Part shown: piece by piece, positions 62,135-64,000 of the stretch
How the letters are laid out: every line of letters begins with the position of its first letter
Numbering within the stretch: the first letter of the stretch is position 1
Assembly: GCF_006345805.1 (NCBI RefSeq)
Contig: NC_043000.1
Coordinates: 11,222,001 to 11,286,000, forward strand
Reading direction: 5' to 3'
Source: Octopus sinensis
Taxonomy: Eukaryota
Length of the DNA stretch: 64,000 nt
Notes under the pieces: generated by a model
The model's database searches: none
The model's input: only the letters and a program-made list of their open reading frames with translations
What the model was told of the DNA's origin: nothing
Made by a program: the position numbers and the translations under genes

Positions 62135-62430
62135 AGATGACAAAAGGCCGAGATGTCTGGTGCCTTGTTGTACTCAAGAAGACCCATACTTCGCAGCAGA
62201 AGTGTTAAGATCAGTCCCTCTGGTGATGTAAAGCTCTGATGGCAGTATCACATAAAAGCGCCAATACAGTGCCACGTAAAAGCGTCTGTGCGATGCCTCG
62301 TGAAAGTGCCCGTGTGGTGTCACATACAAGCACCCGTGTGGAGCTGCGTAAAAGCACTCAACACTCTATAAAGTGGTTGGCGTTAAGAAGGGCATCCAGC
62401 CATAGAAACCATACCAAATCAGACTCCAGT
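62135..62430 (+). mobile_element. Old RTE 3' end
   Basis: MTKGRDVWCLVVLKKT then degenerate modules. Confidence 0.65.
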
Positions 62431-62845
62431 CTCTGATTTGGTATGGTATATTTTTTGTGGTGTGTGCGCGCGTGCGTGTCTATGAGTTTTCCGCATTTTG
62501 ATGCTGAACTGATGTTTTTCTTCCTGTTTTCTTTCATTGTTCCTCTGTTTCCATTTTTATTTTATTGAAATCTCTGCACTATCCGGAACTTCCATTAATA
62601 GATAATATATGATTGGACACCCTTAATCTGCATTCGTTCGTGTGATTTCCATTTCGACGTAGGTTTTATATTCACTTATAAATCTCAATAAAAATTAGTA
62701 CATAGTTTGAAAAAAAAATTAAAACATAGATATATTTAATAAATATTAAAACAAGGGGTAGCTGTAGTATTCTAATATACACGCGGATATATTTGTGATG
62801 GAAAGTGCATTTAAGGACATCAGGTCGTGTTCATTGGCTCAATGT

Positions 62846-63092
62846 GACAAGATACGAATTGATGTCTACAGTCAGGAAGCTACCCGAACGTTAATGCCGT
62901 AGAATAAAGTGGATAAAACATTTGAAAATCCCAGTCTAACAACGAAATAATTTCTTTAGGAGTTTGGTCAACACCCAGATTCACTGTTGACATGTTAGAA
63001 GCGGTAAGTTGACAAAGATTTACTTGAATAAATCTGTAATAATGTATGTAAATAGCAGAATTAATGTGTTAACCTTGCAATCATGCAGTATT
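62846..63092 (+). other. Paralogous first exon/donor of a divergent gene (right arm)
   Basis: Donor G|GTAAGT at 63003/63004; inverted copy of 61453-61697. Confidence 0.55.
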
Positions 63093-64000
63093 TCTGTGGA
63101 AGTATCGTCTTTTTGCTGACCTTTTTTTGAAGTGAGGGTGATACTTAAATGTTGATCTATTTTTTGAAAACAAAAAAATCATAATAATTATAATACCTGA
63201 CTGTTACAGGTGATATAAAGGAATTACAGATCTGCTAATTGAAAAGCTTTTCCTGTTGCTAGTCACACAGATATTCTCTTCACCGCTACATTATAGGCGC
63301 ATTTTAAGCAATAACAAACCTACAAGTTTATTCTATCGATCATTATAATATTTACTCGTATCTTCTACTTCTTTTGGTCGTTAGTCTGTGGCCATGTTGG
63401 GGTACCGTCTTGAATCATTTTTTTACCAATGAATCGACCCTAATACTTTTTTTTTAAAAGTTTGGTACTTCTGGGCGAAAGTAAAGAATACGTACACCCG
63501 ATTTTTAGGGTTAGGGTTTTTTATTACGCTGTAAACTGGTGGTGTATATATTCTTTACCTCCGCCCTTCTATCGGTTCTTTCGCCGAACCGCTAAGTTAC
63601 GGGTACGTAAACACACCAACACTTATTGTCGAACGGCGGTGGGAGACATGCGTGATTCTATTCACAAGGCTTTGGTCCGCCCAAGACTGTAGCAGACACT
63701 TGACCAAGGTGCCTTACAGTGGGACTGAACTCGGAACTATGTGGTTGGGAAACAAGATTCTTACCACAGCCACATCTGCCCCTATATGTTGTATTATTAT
63801 TATTATTATTTTATTTGTAGTCGTGACGTTTTCCAGTCTTCAAATATCATTAATTGTACACGATGAAGATCTTGCTAAATTTCTTCTAACCAGTTGAAGT
63901 TTTTCAAATCATTTTCAAAAAATGTACTTCTGATGAGAATATCGCATTATTTTTCTTAGAGATTAATTGTCAAAAAGTTACAAACATTTACATCAATTTA

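Overview
AT-rich, repeat-dense animal genomic DNA, most likely Octopus (inferred from the SINE/RTE repeat landscape and the [16 protein letters not shown]-type zinc-finger array). Genes read by hand: (1) CCT4 (TCP-1 delta) on the minus strand, 10 phase-consistent coding exons (15025 down to 1404), with the 3' end outside the window. (2) DTL/CDT2 (WD40 CRL4 adaptor) on the plus strand, 14 phase-consistent exons (15394-39023/39035), head-to-head with CCT4 (368 bp between ATGs). (3) A 17-finger C2H2 gene (58066-59538, minus) whose stop codon is created by an RTE-LINE 3'-end insertion, with decayed fingers stranded beyond it. (4) A hand-assembled candidate 3-exon orphan gene (48022-51546) encoding a C4 zinc-finger-like motif plus low-complexity repeats. 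The most unusual element is a tRNA-headed SINE carrying a Penelope-type minimal hammerhead-ribozyme motif. It occurs at two loci as a head-to-head inverted dimer, one bounded by a 12-bp target-site duplication. Also present: an inverted-duplicated 5' exon pair suggesting divergent paralogous ZF genes, candidate intronic snoRNAs in CCT4, and many SINE, RTE, CR1, CRE, piggyBac, Tc1/mariner, Helitron and MITE relics. No database searches were run. Homology calls are from remembered family motifs, and repeat boundaries are approximate unless a TIR/TSD is quoted.
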